NCBI GenBank assembly: GCA_043228905.1
Contig: JBHGNT010000012.1
Location: 14,198,001-14,262,000, forward strand
Direction: 5' to 3'
DNA length: 64,000 bases
Source of the DNA: Azolla caroliniana
Taxonomy: Eukaryota; Plantae; Polypodiophyta
In this document: positions 52,106-64,000 of the stretch, one piece after another
How positions within the stretch are numbered: position 1 is the stretch's first letter
Layout: the number at the start of each line of letters is the position of its first letter
Program-made: the position numbers and the translations under genes
The notes under the pieces: generated by a model
Told to the model about the DNA's origin: nothing
Database searches by the model: none
The model's input: the letters and a program-made list of their open reading frames with translations, nothing else

Positions 52106-53836
52106 AAACGTTTTCTAACGAGAGATTCTATTAGAGACATGAACTAATGTAAGCATTAGATCAAGATAGAATATAGATAAATAGATAGAAAGGAGAGAGA
52201 GAGAGAAAGAAGGGTGTCGATCCACCTGACCACCCCCGACCGAAGGGATCGAGACGGACTCGAGCCTTGATCGGCGTCCCATACCACCGTTGTGGCGTTG
52301 AGTCATACCTGGTGCTAGCGCGCTCGCTACAAGACATGACCCACCACAAGATAGAGTCTCGACATAGTCAACAAGATCATGAAATGAGGGTTGTTAGGCC
52401 TCTTATTTATAGCAATACCCAAGGCCCCCAGGCAAGTTCACACTTGACCTAATGGGTTGTCTCAATCCCAAGGATTAAAAGTAATCCTCCCCTTCTTTAC
52501 ACTCTCGTTTAACCCTCACACTTATCCACGTGTATAGAATAATACAGTAAATTCTCACCACGGGATATTATATGGTCATGCCCGTAACATACTCCCCCTC
52601 TTTAAAACATTGCACTCTTGCAATGGAAAGTTAGGGAAGTTAGTTCTGAGAGTATTTTCGCATTCCCATGTGGCATCTTTTATTGATTTATCCATCCATT
52701 TTATTTTAAATTCTCATATTTCTTTAGTACGTAATTCTTTTGTTTTAACATTGAGGATTCTTTCTAGTACATGTGGTTTAGAAGATAATTCTTCAGAAGT
52801 AACCAGAGTTTCAGTTGTAACTGTATTGTCGCCAGAACCTAGAAGTTCTTTTAGATGACTCACATGAAAAACTAGATGAATTTCAACACCTTCGGAAGAG
52901 TGAGACGATAGGTTGATGACCCAATGTGTTTGAGGACTATAAAAGGTCCACAAAACTGTGGGGCTAACTTAGCGCACTTACCCTTAGACAATGTCTTAGA
53001 ATTGTCAGGTACACATAAAAATACCTTCTGTCCAATGTTGAATACATGAGGTTGCCTATTATGATCGGCATAAAAACGTGCTCTATCTTGAGCTGTTTTT
53101 ATATTATCTCGTGCAATATGCAACATATCTTGCATATCTCGAAGAAAGTTTTGCGTACTTCGCAACTCATCATGATGTATATTAACATCAATCGGGGCTC
53201 GTGGCTGAAAACCATACATCAACATAAAAAGACTATATCTCGTCGAGGTATGCTTGGAGCTGTTATAAGCAAACTCCAAAATTCGGAGATAACGTTCCCA
53301 TTTTGTTGGTTTTGTACCAACGTATGCTCGAAGCATGTCCTTAATAATTTGATTTACTCGTTCTGTCTGTCCATCGGATTGAGGATGATCCGTGGAGCTC
53401 ATGCTCAATGTAGTTTCTAACTTCTTGAAGACTTGTGTCCAGAAGTCACTAGTAAACTTTGGATCTCGATCACTCACGATATCCATCGGTAACCCATAAA
53501 AACGAAATAACTCGTCAATGAATTGGTAAGCCAATTCAAGACCTGTTACCTGTTGGGAACTCGACGTTCCTTATGTCCAACGCTCGGCCTCAACCGAGAT
53601 TCTTTACATACACAGAAAAACAGGTAATTAAACGTGACACAAAAGAGAAAGAAGAGGAGAAATGGTACACAGGAGGTATACGTGGAAAACCCCAAAATAG
53701 GGGAAAAACCACGGCAGCCCACGAGCTGCAAACTGTCACTATGCAGAAATATACAACAGTGAGATCACTGAGGCAACGACCTCGTGTTCTCAGATCTTCG
53801 CCACAAGCGGCGGTTACAACAGAGGCAACGACCTCG

Positions 53837-53867
<31 letters not shown>

Positions 53868-54019
53868 GTACAGTTGCACGCTCTGATTTCTTCTTGCACC
53901 AACAAGAAAGAATAACCACACAAAAACGACAACTCAAAAAAAAAACTAAAAGTTTGCCCTAAGTCATATTTATACTAATATGACTTTTCGGCTATTTACA
54001 AATGTCGTCTCGAAGGGCT

Positions 54020-54172
54020 CCATCCGGCTCTCCGCAGTCGGGTACTCCTCATCCGGTTCATACCGGGCCTACACCATCCGACTCTCCGAAGTCGGGTACT
54101 CCTCATCCGGTTCATACCGGGCCTACACCATCCGACTCTCCGAAGTCGGGTTCTCCCCGTCCGGTTCATACC
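54020..54172. repeat. Three 51-bp tandem units in the U3 of Copia H (also at 58811-58963)
   Basis: CCATCCG(G/A)CTCTCCG(C/A)AGTCGGGT...CCGGTTCATACCG repeated three times. Confidence 0.9.
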
Positions 54173-54257
54173 GTTTCGGCCTCGGCCGAGTTTGTTCGTT
54201 GGCGCAGTTCTTCTCCCTTCCCATCCGGAGGGACCTGTCTACCAACAAACTCCCCCT

Positions 54258-57200
54258 TCACTCCGGCATGGGGTGTCTTTCCAGCCCGATCCTCTTCCGG
54301 CATGCGTCCAGCTTGTCGGGTGTCAGCACTTTGGTCAGCATATCTGACCCGTTCTCGGCCGTGTGGATCTTCGTCAGTGCGAACTCCTGGTCATCTACCC
54401 TTTCCCGGATCCAGTGATACCTCCGCTGGATATGCTTCGTCCGGGAATGGTAGGCCGCATTCTTAGCAAGGTGGATGGCACTTTGACTGTCGCAGTAGAG
54501 TCGGTATTCCTCTTGCCGGATACCGAGCTCTCCGATGAAGTCCTTCATCCATAATATTTCCTTGCCGGCTTCCACAGCCGCCATGTACTCCGCCTCTGTG
54601 GTTGACAATGCAACCGTCTTCTGCAGCCTCGACTGCCATGAAACAGCTCCCCCTGCATATGTCATCACATACCCGGATGTAGACCGGCTGGTATCCACAT
54701 CAGCCGACATGTCCGAATCGGTGAAACCATCCAGTTGAGGTTTTCCGGAGCCGAATCGGAGACACATATTTCAAATACCGGAGTATCCATTTGACCGCGT
54801 TCCAATGCTCCTTGCCGGGGTTGCTCATAAACCGGCTCACCACTCCGACTGCGTATCCAATGTCCGGTCGGGTACAAACCATTGCGTACATCAAGCTCCC
54901 GACGGCAGAGGCATATGGAATCTTCATCATATCTGCCTTCTCTCCTTTTGTCTTCGGGCTTTGCTTGCCAGACAACTTGCAGTTTGCCGGAAGTGTCGAT
55001 CCGACCGGTTTTGCATCTGACATGTTGAACCGGTGAAGCACCTTTGTCACATACTTCTCCTGTGACAGCCATAGTTGCTTCACTGACCGGTCCCGAATGA
55101 TGTGCATCCCCAACATCTGTCTTGCCGGACCCAGGTCTTTCATTGAGAAGGTCCGGTTGAGAGCCTTCTTCAGCATCCGTATTTTGCCTTGGTCTCGTCC
55201 GACGATCAACATGTCATCCACGTACAGGAGGAGTATCAGGAAGTCCCCTCCTTCGAACTTCTTCACAAACACGCAGTGATCGGCCTGCGTCTTGTGGTAT
55301 CCTTGATCGGTCATGAAGGAGTCGAACTTCCGATACCATTGTCGGGGAGCCTGCTTCAGTCCGTACAGGCTCTTCTTCAACCGGCATACCAGGTGCTCCT
55401 TCCCTTTCTCCACAAATCCTTCCGGTTGCTGCATGTAGAATTCCTCTTCGAGGTCGCCGTGGAGGAATGCCGTCTTCACGTCCAGCTGCTCTACCTCGAG
55501 ATCCATGCTTGCTGCTATACTCAGCACCGTCCGGATGGAGGTCATCTTTACTACCGGGGCGAATATTTCGTCGAAGTCCACGCCCTTCTTCTGCTGGAAC
55601 CCCTTCACCACGATCCTGACTTTGTATCTCGGGGGGTTGTCGGCATCTCCCGGTTTCAACTTGAACACCCACTTGTTTCGGAGTGCCCGCTTTTCTTTCG
55701 GCAGCTCCACCAATTCGTACGTATGGTTCTCATGCAGGGAATCCATCTCATCCTGCATGGCACTTAACCATTTTCGGCTGTGGGTGTCTTCCTTCGCTTC
55801 TTCGAAGCTTTCCGGCTCCCCCTCATCGGTTAGCAGGACATGCTCTGCATCCAGAAATCTCCGGGGCGCCCTTCTCTCTCTAAGAGGATATCTACATCTT
55901 CGGGCTTCGGTAATCGGTTTCTCCATTTGCTCTTCATCCGAATCCGATTCGGGATCTTGACCGGTTCCGGTCTCAACTTCCTCTACTTCTTCTTCTGCCG
56001 GTTCGGTATCCTCACCGTAACCGGCTGGTTCCTCGAGTGCTAACCGGTCTCTTGCCGGTTGGGTCTGCTCATTGTAGAGGCTATCCTTACCGATCGACTC
56101 GGAGTTCACTATCTTCTTCTCCGACTCCCAGTCGGCGAGCGTCCAATCCTCCATGAAGATAATATCTCGACTCCGGAATACCTTCTTGTCGACCGGGTCC
56201 CACACTCGGTAGCCAAACTCATCGTCACCGTAACCGAGGAATATGCATGGCCGGGTCTTTGGATCTAGCTTTCCTCTCTGGTCCTTTGCTACATGCACGT
56301 ACGCGAGACACCCGAACACCCTCAGATGCCGGTAGGACACTTCCTTACCGGTCCATACTCTCTGTGGCGTGTCTCCGTCCAAGGGTACTGAGGGTGATCT
56401 GTTTATCACATATGTCGCCGTCGACAGTGCCTCAGCCCAAAACTTCTTGGGTAGTTTTCCATGCGCTAGCATACTCCGGACCCTCTCCATTATGGTCCGG
56501 TTCATCCTCTCGGCCAGTCCGTTTAGCTCCGGCATCTTCGGCACGGTAAATTCGAGCCGGATTCCCTTCGAGCGGCAGTACTCCTCGAACTGTCCCCGGT
56601 ACTCACCTCCGTTATCTGCTCGAACCGCCTTCAGCTTCCGGCCGGTTTCCCTTTCCACTCTCGCGTGGAGCTCTTTGAAGACGGATAACACCTGATCCTT
56701 CGTCTTCAGTGGTGTGGCCCACAGCTTCCGGCTGTGGTCATCTATGAACGTCACGAAGTACTGCGCTCCGGCATGTGACTTCGTGTCTACTTGACAAACA
56801 TCCGTATGCACCAACTCCAGTGGTGCATTACGTCTCATCGGTGGCCTTGGTCGGAAGGAGGTCCGGTTCTGCTTACCGGCCAGACAATCAGTGCACTTCT
56901 CTAAGTGCACGTTCTTCACTGGAATGAGGTTGTCGTCTCCAAGCCTCTTCATCCCCTTCTCACTCATGTGGCATAGCCTCTTGTGCCACAGCTCACCGGC
57001 AGTGTCGGAAGCCACGTTCACTTCTTCCGGACATAACCGGGCATTCATCAGGTACAGTGTGTTTACCTTCCGGGCCCGAGCCACAATCAGGCTCCCTTTG
57101 CTGAACTTCATGACACCATTCCGGATGCTACCCGTGTAGCCTTCATCATCTAGCCGACCGGCTGATATCAGGTTCAGACGTACTTCCGGAACGTGTCGGA

Positions 57201-58308
57201 CATCTTTCAACAACAACTTGCATCCGGTTGGTGTTGTCAGCCACACGTCTCCTATGCCGACAATTCGGCATGTTCCTTCATTCCCCATCCGGACACAGCC
57301 GTGATCACCGGCTGAGTAGGATGAGAAGCATTTCCGGTCCGAGGTAAGGTGGAACGACGCTCCGGAGTCTACCACCCAGGTCATCTCATCGCCGGCATGG
57401 TTTATCTCACTCTCTTTGGTGATGAGCATCAACTCCTCTTCACTTGCCACAATTGCCGTCGTTCCCTTCCGGTCCGGCCCCCTCTGGTCTTTACCGTTCC
57501 GGTCTGTACCATTCCGGTTCGGGGTTTGCTTCGAATCGGTACCGTCGGTTTCCTTGTCTTTACGGAAATGCCGACAGTTCTTTTAGAAGTGTCCCGGCTT
57601 GCCGCAATAGAAGCAAGGCGGCCTCCCCCTTGACTTTGATCGTGTCCCCGACTTCTCCCGGTTCTGGGGACTACGGTTTCTATGTGTTCCGCGTTCCGAT
57701 TCGGTAAGGAGCGCTTTGGAGTCGGAGCTCGTATCTTTGTCTTTCCGACGAGCCTCCTCATCTAGCAAGCTCGACTTTACTCTTGCTAGGGATAACCGTT
57801 TTCCTTCCGGCCCGGCGTTGCCCAAAGTAACAACCAACGTCTCCCAGCTATCCGGGAGGGAACCGAGCAGGAGTAGCGCTAGGACCTCATCGGCAAGAGG
57901 TACTTCCAATGACGTTGCCTGGTGAATCAGCCCCTGGAAGGCATTCATATGCTCCGCCATGCTGGAGCCATCTTGGTACCGGAGTCTTACAAGCTTCCGG
58001 AATATCGACGCCTGATTGACAACATTTTTGTTCTGGAACATTGTGCCGATCTTCTCCCAGAGCTCATGAGCCTTACTCTCTTCATTGAAGTTGTTGTACA
58101 GGCTCATGTCGATGAAGCACCGTATGTACGCCGTTGTCTTCATGTGCATCACCTCCCATATCGCGGCGTCGATTTTGTCCGGTCTCTTGTCCCCGAACTG
58201 AACCGGCAGCCAGAGGTCTTTAACCACGAGCATGTCCCTCATCTTCGACTTCCACACTGAATAGTTGGAGCCGGTGAGCTTGAACATGCCGCCAAACGAT
58301 TCGTCCAT
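54258..58308 (-). pseudogene. Copia H gag-pol; stop at 57583-57585 and a frameshifting deletion near 54770
   Basis: ORFs 57583-58368, 54700-57450 and 54258-54767 together give the full domain set. The short deletion is visible by comparison with Copia C. Confidence 0.92.
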
Positions 58309-58624
58309 TTTCTGTGTCGATTTTGCTCTGATACCACTTGTTGGGAACTCGACGTTCCTTATGTCCAACGCTCGGCCTCAACCGAGATTCTTTACATACA
58401 CAGAAAAACAAGTAATTAAACGCGACACAAAAGAGAAAGAAGAGGAGAAATGGTACACAAGAGGTATACGTGGAAAACCCCAAAATAGGGGAAAAACCAC
58501 GGCAGCCCACGAGCTACAAACTGTCACTATGAAGAAATATACAACAGTGAGATCACTGAGGCAACGACCTCGTGTTCTCAGATCTTCGCCACAGGCGGCG
58601 GTTACAACAGAGGCAACGACCTCG

Positions 58625-58655
<31 letters not shown>

Positions 58656-61409
58656 GTACAGTTGCACGCTCTGATTTCTTCTTGCACCAACAAGAAAGAA
58701 TAACCACACAAAAACGACAACTCCTCAAAAAAAAAACTAAAAGTTTGCCCTAAGTCATATTTATACTAATATGACTTTTCGGCTATTTACAAATGTAGTC
58801 TCGAAGGGCTCCATCCGGCTCTCCGCAGTCGGGTACTCCTCATCCGGTTCATACCGGGCGTACACCATCCGACTCTCCGAAGTCGGGTACTCCTCATCCG
58901 GTTCATACCGGGCCTACACCATCCGACTCTCCGAAGTCGGGTTCTCCCCGTCCGGTTCATACCGTTTCGGCCTCGGCCGAGTTTGTTCGTCGGCGTTGTT
59001 CTTCTCCCTTCCCATCCGGAGGGACCTGTCTACCAACATTACCGTGGTTTTAGTAGGAATAAATCTGGCCAGTTTAGTTGGTTTATCAACCACAACCCAG
59101 ATGGCATCATGGCCTTTTTGGGTGCGAGGAAGGCTAACAATAAAATCCATGGATATACTTTCCCACTTATTATTGGGAATGTCCAAGGCATGCAAAAGTC
59201 CAGTGGCTTTAAGTCGCGCGGCTTTGTTAACCTGACATTGGTGACATTTAGTGACATAGCTATGTATGTTAGGACGCATCTTACGCCAATAAAATTGAGT
59301 TGAGATGAGAACGAGTGTACGATGTATTCCAGGGTGCCCTGTTGAGGGTGCATCATGGCATTCAAAAAGAATCCTCTTTTTGACCTCGGGTAAATCTGGA
59401 ACACAAACCTTCCCATTACGGTAGAACAAATCATTAGCAATGTGGAAGTATTCCTTCGAGGATGTGGTAGTGTCTGTTCCAAACTCAACTCTTGCCAAGT
59501 ATTTTGCAAAATAACTGTCATCAGGATACTTTCCTTGAAGGTAATCAAAAAAATCTAATGATATTTCAGTGAAGCTAAGCATGTTAACTTCATGGATGCG
59601 AATTAGTGCATCAGCGACAGTGTTCATGGAACCTTTACGATATCGTAAGGAAAAATCAAAGTCATGGATGAGATTAGCCCATCGTGCCTTACGACCTTTC
59701 AGGTCTTGTTGGTCACAAAAATATTTCAAGGACTCATGGTTCGTAGTTACCACAAAGCGATTTCCATAAAGATAATGCCGCCATGTTTTGAGCGCATGTA
59801 TAACTGCAAATAATTCCTTTTCTTGAACGGTATACCAACATTGAGCAGAATCAAGTTTCTTACTCTTGAATGCTATTGGTTTACCATCTTGATATAAGAC
59901 AACACCTATAGCATAATCGCTTGCATCGGCTTCAACCTCAAAAGGTTTTGACGGATCACGTAAAAGAAGTGACGGAGCCTTGCACACCAGTTCCTTGAGT
60001 TCCTTAAAGGCGAGGTCTAGTGTAGCATTCCACACAATAGGTTTTGTAGACTTACGTGTTTAACCTTTTAGAAGATTAGTAAACGACCTTGTCAATTGGG
60101 AGTAATTACAAATGGATTTTCGCAAAAACCCGACAAAACCAAGGAATGATCGAACTTCTCGAATATTCCGAAGAGTGGGCCAAAGCTTGATTTTCTTGTT
60201 GCAAGAAGGATCAATTTCAACTCCTCGTTTGGTTATGAGATGTCCAAGATAAGTAGTTGATTTCTTGAAGAACTTACATTTTGAGATCTTCGATGGTCTA
60301 TATTACGTTTAGGAGGTAACCCATCTGGTAGTTCACTCGGAAAAACATCACAAACATCATTTAAGATTTCATCAAGTTGTTGTTGTTCAAAATCTGTTAA
60401 TTGAACCGAGACATTATCGATCTTGTAAACGTGAATGTCCGGATCAACTACACAATAAAATAGAGTAGAACAAGACAACTCAGATATTGATAGAGAGGAA
60501 ACGATCGAGAGGGATTGTTTTTTTACACATTAAATAAAATGAGTACAATCGTTCAGTACAAAAGTTATTGAATGATGAAACCAATCAATAGATAACGAAG
60601 AGTTTTTATTATAGAACCAAGGATAACCTAGTATTGCATCAGTGGTACAAAGATTCATTACATGGAAGTCTACTTCCTCTATATAAGTATCAATAGAAAT
60701 TCCTAATGAATGAATCGCCCCATTGATGTATTGTACTCTTCCATCAGCCAAGTGAACCGTGTAGGTGTGATCACTTACGGTGGGTTGGATTCCCCATATC
60801 TGAACCAAACGATTCTTCACAAAGTTATGTGAGCTTCCCGAATCAAACAAAAATTTTACAGGAGATCCATTGATATACTTGTTTGCACGTAGTAAATCAT
60901 TGGGACCCAATACATGGTGAGGGAAAGAACATTGACAATTACTTAAATGATGTGTATAGACCTAAAGGACATTAGGAATCTGACCTTTATGGTCTGTAGC
61001 TTTAGCTTTGTTATCGTGCTCTTTCTGTTGGAGTTTTCGACATTGCTCTTTTGTATGACCCTTCTTTTTGGAGAATACGCAAAAATGATGTTCTCGCTTA
61101 CAATCGCGATCAGTGAATACGTTGGCTGTCTTGCATTTCCCAGTGAATTGCGACTGCTTAGTCTCAGGCGCTTTGTTAGGTTTGTTGTGGTCCTTCTTCG
61201 AAGTGCGTTGATAGCAAAGAACTATTTCAACGGCCTCTTCGAAGGATTTTGGATCCTTATCGTGCACTATCAAATGATAGTCCGAATTGGGGATGCCATT
61301 AACAAAACAAGCTATTAACCAATTGTCCCCTTCTAGACCCGACTTTTGGATTTGGGTTCTAGCATGGTAGACATAGTCTTCTAGCGAGGAAAACTTCCTG
61401 CTAGAGAGG

Positions 61410-64000
61410 TGTTACCGTTTAGGAACACGGTCTGCGGTCAGTCCTTCGACCTAGTCCCCAAGGTGGGTGTGGAACAACGAACAGGGTTTAAGCGTAATGC
61501 GTAAGGGGAGAACCTCTGTAATTCCTTCGCCGTAAAAGGAAAGACGGCAACAACTGAATCCCTATCATAGGTTACACGTACGTACTACTACGCTTAAGTA
61601 TCTGAGACACCGACACTAAATTAGCCGCAGCTATACACAGAACTCAGAGAAGATAGAATTCTATTATCAGGCGTTCTTTACATTTCCAAAAATTACACAC
61701 ACCTCCATAAGAGGTTTTCTGCCCTTTATATATGCAGGGTCTAATTAGCCGTTCACACTTCCTACGTGAATCGTTACATGCGTTATGCTCTTATATAGTT
61801 TCTTATTCCTACGGTTTTGGCCGTCGGTTACTATTCCGGCGGACAACACTTGGCACGCCTGTGGGACAGTGCCTTTGCACGTCGGACCCATCCCGTTAAT
61901 CTTCTTCCAAAATGGCCCGGATGTTTGGCTCTGTTGTGGTGTCCTCGTCCGGAGTTGATGTAGGGCTCGTAGGTGCATCGTGGTGCGGCTCCTCTGCTTG
62001 GTCGGCCTAGTTTCTCCCGGAGTCTCCTTCGCCATGTGCGGGTGGTCTGGGTACGGTGGGCTCTTCTTGAGTTAGTGGGCTGGGCTCTGCCGTTGGCGTG
62101 CTTGCCGTCGGCTGCAGCTCAGCTATTGTTACGTCCTCTACAGTGTTGGCCGTTTTTGTGTGTCCCTAGGCGTGGGGCGGGGATTCCGCCTGGTCCGCAC
62201 TATTTTCCGCGTGTTCTGAAGATGGTGTGGGCTAGTGCGGTTGGACCTCTTGTTGGGTAATGGTTTCGATGTTTGGTCCTGTGGGGAATTTCACTCGTTG
62301 GTCCCCGCTATTCTCCCCCGTTGTCATCTCTGGTGATCGGGCCTGAGGTTCCTCTTCTTCGGCTGTGACCGGAATTGGTGTCACGCTGGGTTCCTCGTTT
62401 GTGCGCGTGTTGCCGGCCTGTGTGATCTGGTGAAATAGCTCCTCCTGACTTTCACCAAAATCATCTAAGAGCTGTGCGAGTTCTTCGGAGTGTTGGTTTG
62501 CTAGCGCACGATAGTCTTGCGCTAGGTCCTCCCGTACGGTCGCAATGCTCTCCTCGTTTAGCTTATAAAACCCTCGGTCGTCTTTCCGCCAGTTCTCCCA
62601 GTCCGCATGATACGCGTGCAATTCCGCTGCTTGGGTTGCCCATGCCATCCATCCTTTGTCCAGCGCCGTTTTCAATTGCGCTGTGAACCTTTCCCGTTTT
62701 GTTTGGACAAGGATGCGCACGTTATCCGTGATGACCTGGCAACGGTTGCGTGCGTCTTCCATCGACTTCTGGAGATTTGCGATTTCCTGCTATTTAACGG
62801 CTGCCGCTTCCTCATACGTGGCCTTCAGGCCCGCCCACAGTTGGGATTCCTTTGCATGTTGTTCTTCTAATTTCCCCATTTCATTGTTTAGGCGGATTTC
62901 GAGTTGATTCCTTCTGTCTTGTTCGACCACCAACTGCTCATCGAACCATACCTTCTTTTTTTCTAATAAGGCGTGAAGTCCCGCTATTGCCACCTCCAAT
63001 TTCTTCGCGTCCTCTCGTAATTGGGCGTTGTCGTCTTTTGTCCGGATGTGCTGAGCTACCTCCGTAGCTAGTTTCTCTTCAAGAGTTTTTACGGCCTTCC
63101 GTCCGTTAGCCCGTATCTCCTTTTCTCTGTCGGAGGATTGGCGTAGTTCTGCTCGAAGACGGTCAATTTCGGATTCCGCTAGTTGTACGGCCCTTTTTTC
63201 TTTTGCGGCGATGGCGGTCTGAGCCTCGATTTCTTCTTTTAGAGCGTCGATGACGTGGTTCGGTGGTGGGGTTGCGTGTTTTTCCATAGTTGCGTGAGCT
63301 TCCAACTCCGCGATGCGTGCGTTGGCCTTTTGTAGTTTGGGTTTGGTCAGTTTAACCTTCTTCCAGACATTCTTCTTTTTTATGGCCATCTCCTTGGCGC
63401 TCGTGCTGACCTTTGCCAGTTCTTGATGGACTTTGACTAGGGCCGTGTTTAAGGGTGGTATCTCCATCCCTACTCGTCGTACCCCATCGTTCCTCTGTCT
63501 GCCGACCCTGGCTAGCCAGTCCTCATCGTCGCTCTTCGTTGTTTGTGTTAGGGCGCGCTCGATCATCTGACGTTCCGCATGCTCCTCGGCCATTCGTTGG
63601 GCGGCTTTGACCTGTTGTGTTGCCAGGAACTCCATGAGCTCAAAAGAGGTACCGAACTGCAAGAGGGCGTTGAATTCGTGGGCCGTATCCGGGATATCCG
63701 GATATGCCAAAACCTCGCTTTCCGCCGTCAATACGGCTTTCCCTCGTTGCGACTGAGTCATAATAATCGGTCGCAGCTCCTGGATGATTTCAAACGTGGT
63801 ATTCGGTTCTACTGCTATGGAGCCTCCGCCTTCGGTTGGTGCCTCCGGAGCCGTGGGGGCAATTTTTACCAACCCCCGCCCATCTTTCCTGTCCAATCTG
63901 CGCCGTTTTGGTCTAGGGCTTTCCCGTCGTGTTTCGGTGTCTGGTTCTAGGGCTGCTTCCATGGGGCATCTCGGTTGTTCCTCCTGTGTCGCCTGTGTGT
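61410..64000 (+). mobile_element. Tat-like LTR retrotransposon F inserted in the gag of E, incomplete in window
   Basis: E gag homology to D stops at 61409. Putative LTR TGTT(61410)...AACA(61848), then TGGCACGCCTGTGGGAC (61851-61867), a tRNA-Arg-type PBS. Confidence 0.65.
62232..64000 (-). CDS. Long coiled-coil protein antisense to element F; one in-frame TAG at 62790-62792
   Basis: ORFs 62790-63962 and 62232-62762 share a frame. E/K/A-rich heptads and an NLS-like PRPKRRR. The ORF may begin beyond the window. Confidence 0.6.

Larger units (their letters stand above)
53551..59038 (-). mobile_element. Full-length Ty1/copia element H
   Basis: LTRs 53551-54247 and 58339-59038 (roughly a dozen differences by eye). 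TSD TTACC. PBS TGGTATCAGAGC at 58325-58336. PPT 54248-54256. Confidence 0.97.
52106..61409 (-). mobile_element. Ty3/gypsy chromovirus E (same family as D, inverted), RT core deleted; hosts Copia H and element F
   Basis: Gag 61409-60962, FLFDSGSSHNF protease, RH-INT 60035-59039 and 53550-52872, chromodomain ~52790-52610. PPT 52590-52603. 3' LTR starts at 52589. Confidence 0.88.

Overview
Plant nuclear DNA, most likely from a seed-free plant (bryophyte, lycophyte or fern; inferred from the retroelement lineages, not proven). There is one intact host gene, a 3-exon bHLH + ACT-like transcription factor (9224-13140, +). The rest is a nest of transposable elements. Three related Tork/Tnt1-like Copia copies lie on the minus strand (A 1-4422, C 31490-36726, H 53551-59038). 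A second Copia family (B ~29130-38574, +) hosts C. An L1-type LINE (18474-~29130) is split by a full-length Tf1/sushi/Tcn1-like chromovirus (19634-25263). Two RT-deficient chromovirus copies (D, E) sit tail-to-tail around ~52.1 kb. D carries a hAT transposon (40460-45656, 8-bp TSD) and a gag-only LTR element (G 46475-51220, tRNA-Trp PBS, 4-bp TSD). A Tat-like element with an antisense coiled-coil ORF (F) runs from 61410 to the window end. The most notable signals are: a self-priming PBS, a perfect heat-shock element and a -1 frameshift cassette in the Tcn1-like element; host-flank DNA copied inside Copia C; a Gag capsid swap between Copia A and H; the gag-only element with a repeated module; and an HSE array upstream of the bHLH gene. 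I cannot demonstrate a wholly new biological system from the sequence alone. All coordinates were counted by eye, and all family assignments come from motif recognition, not database searches.
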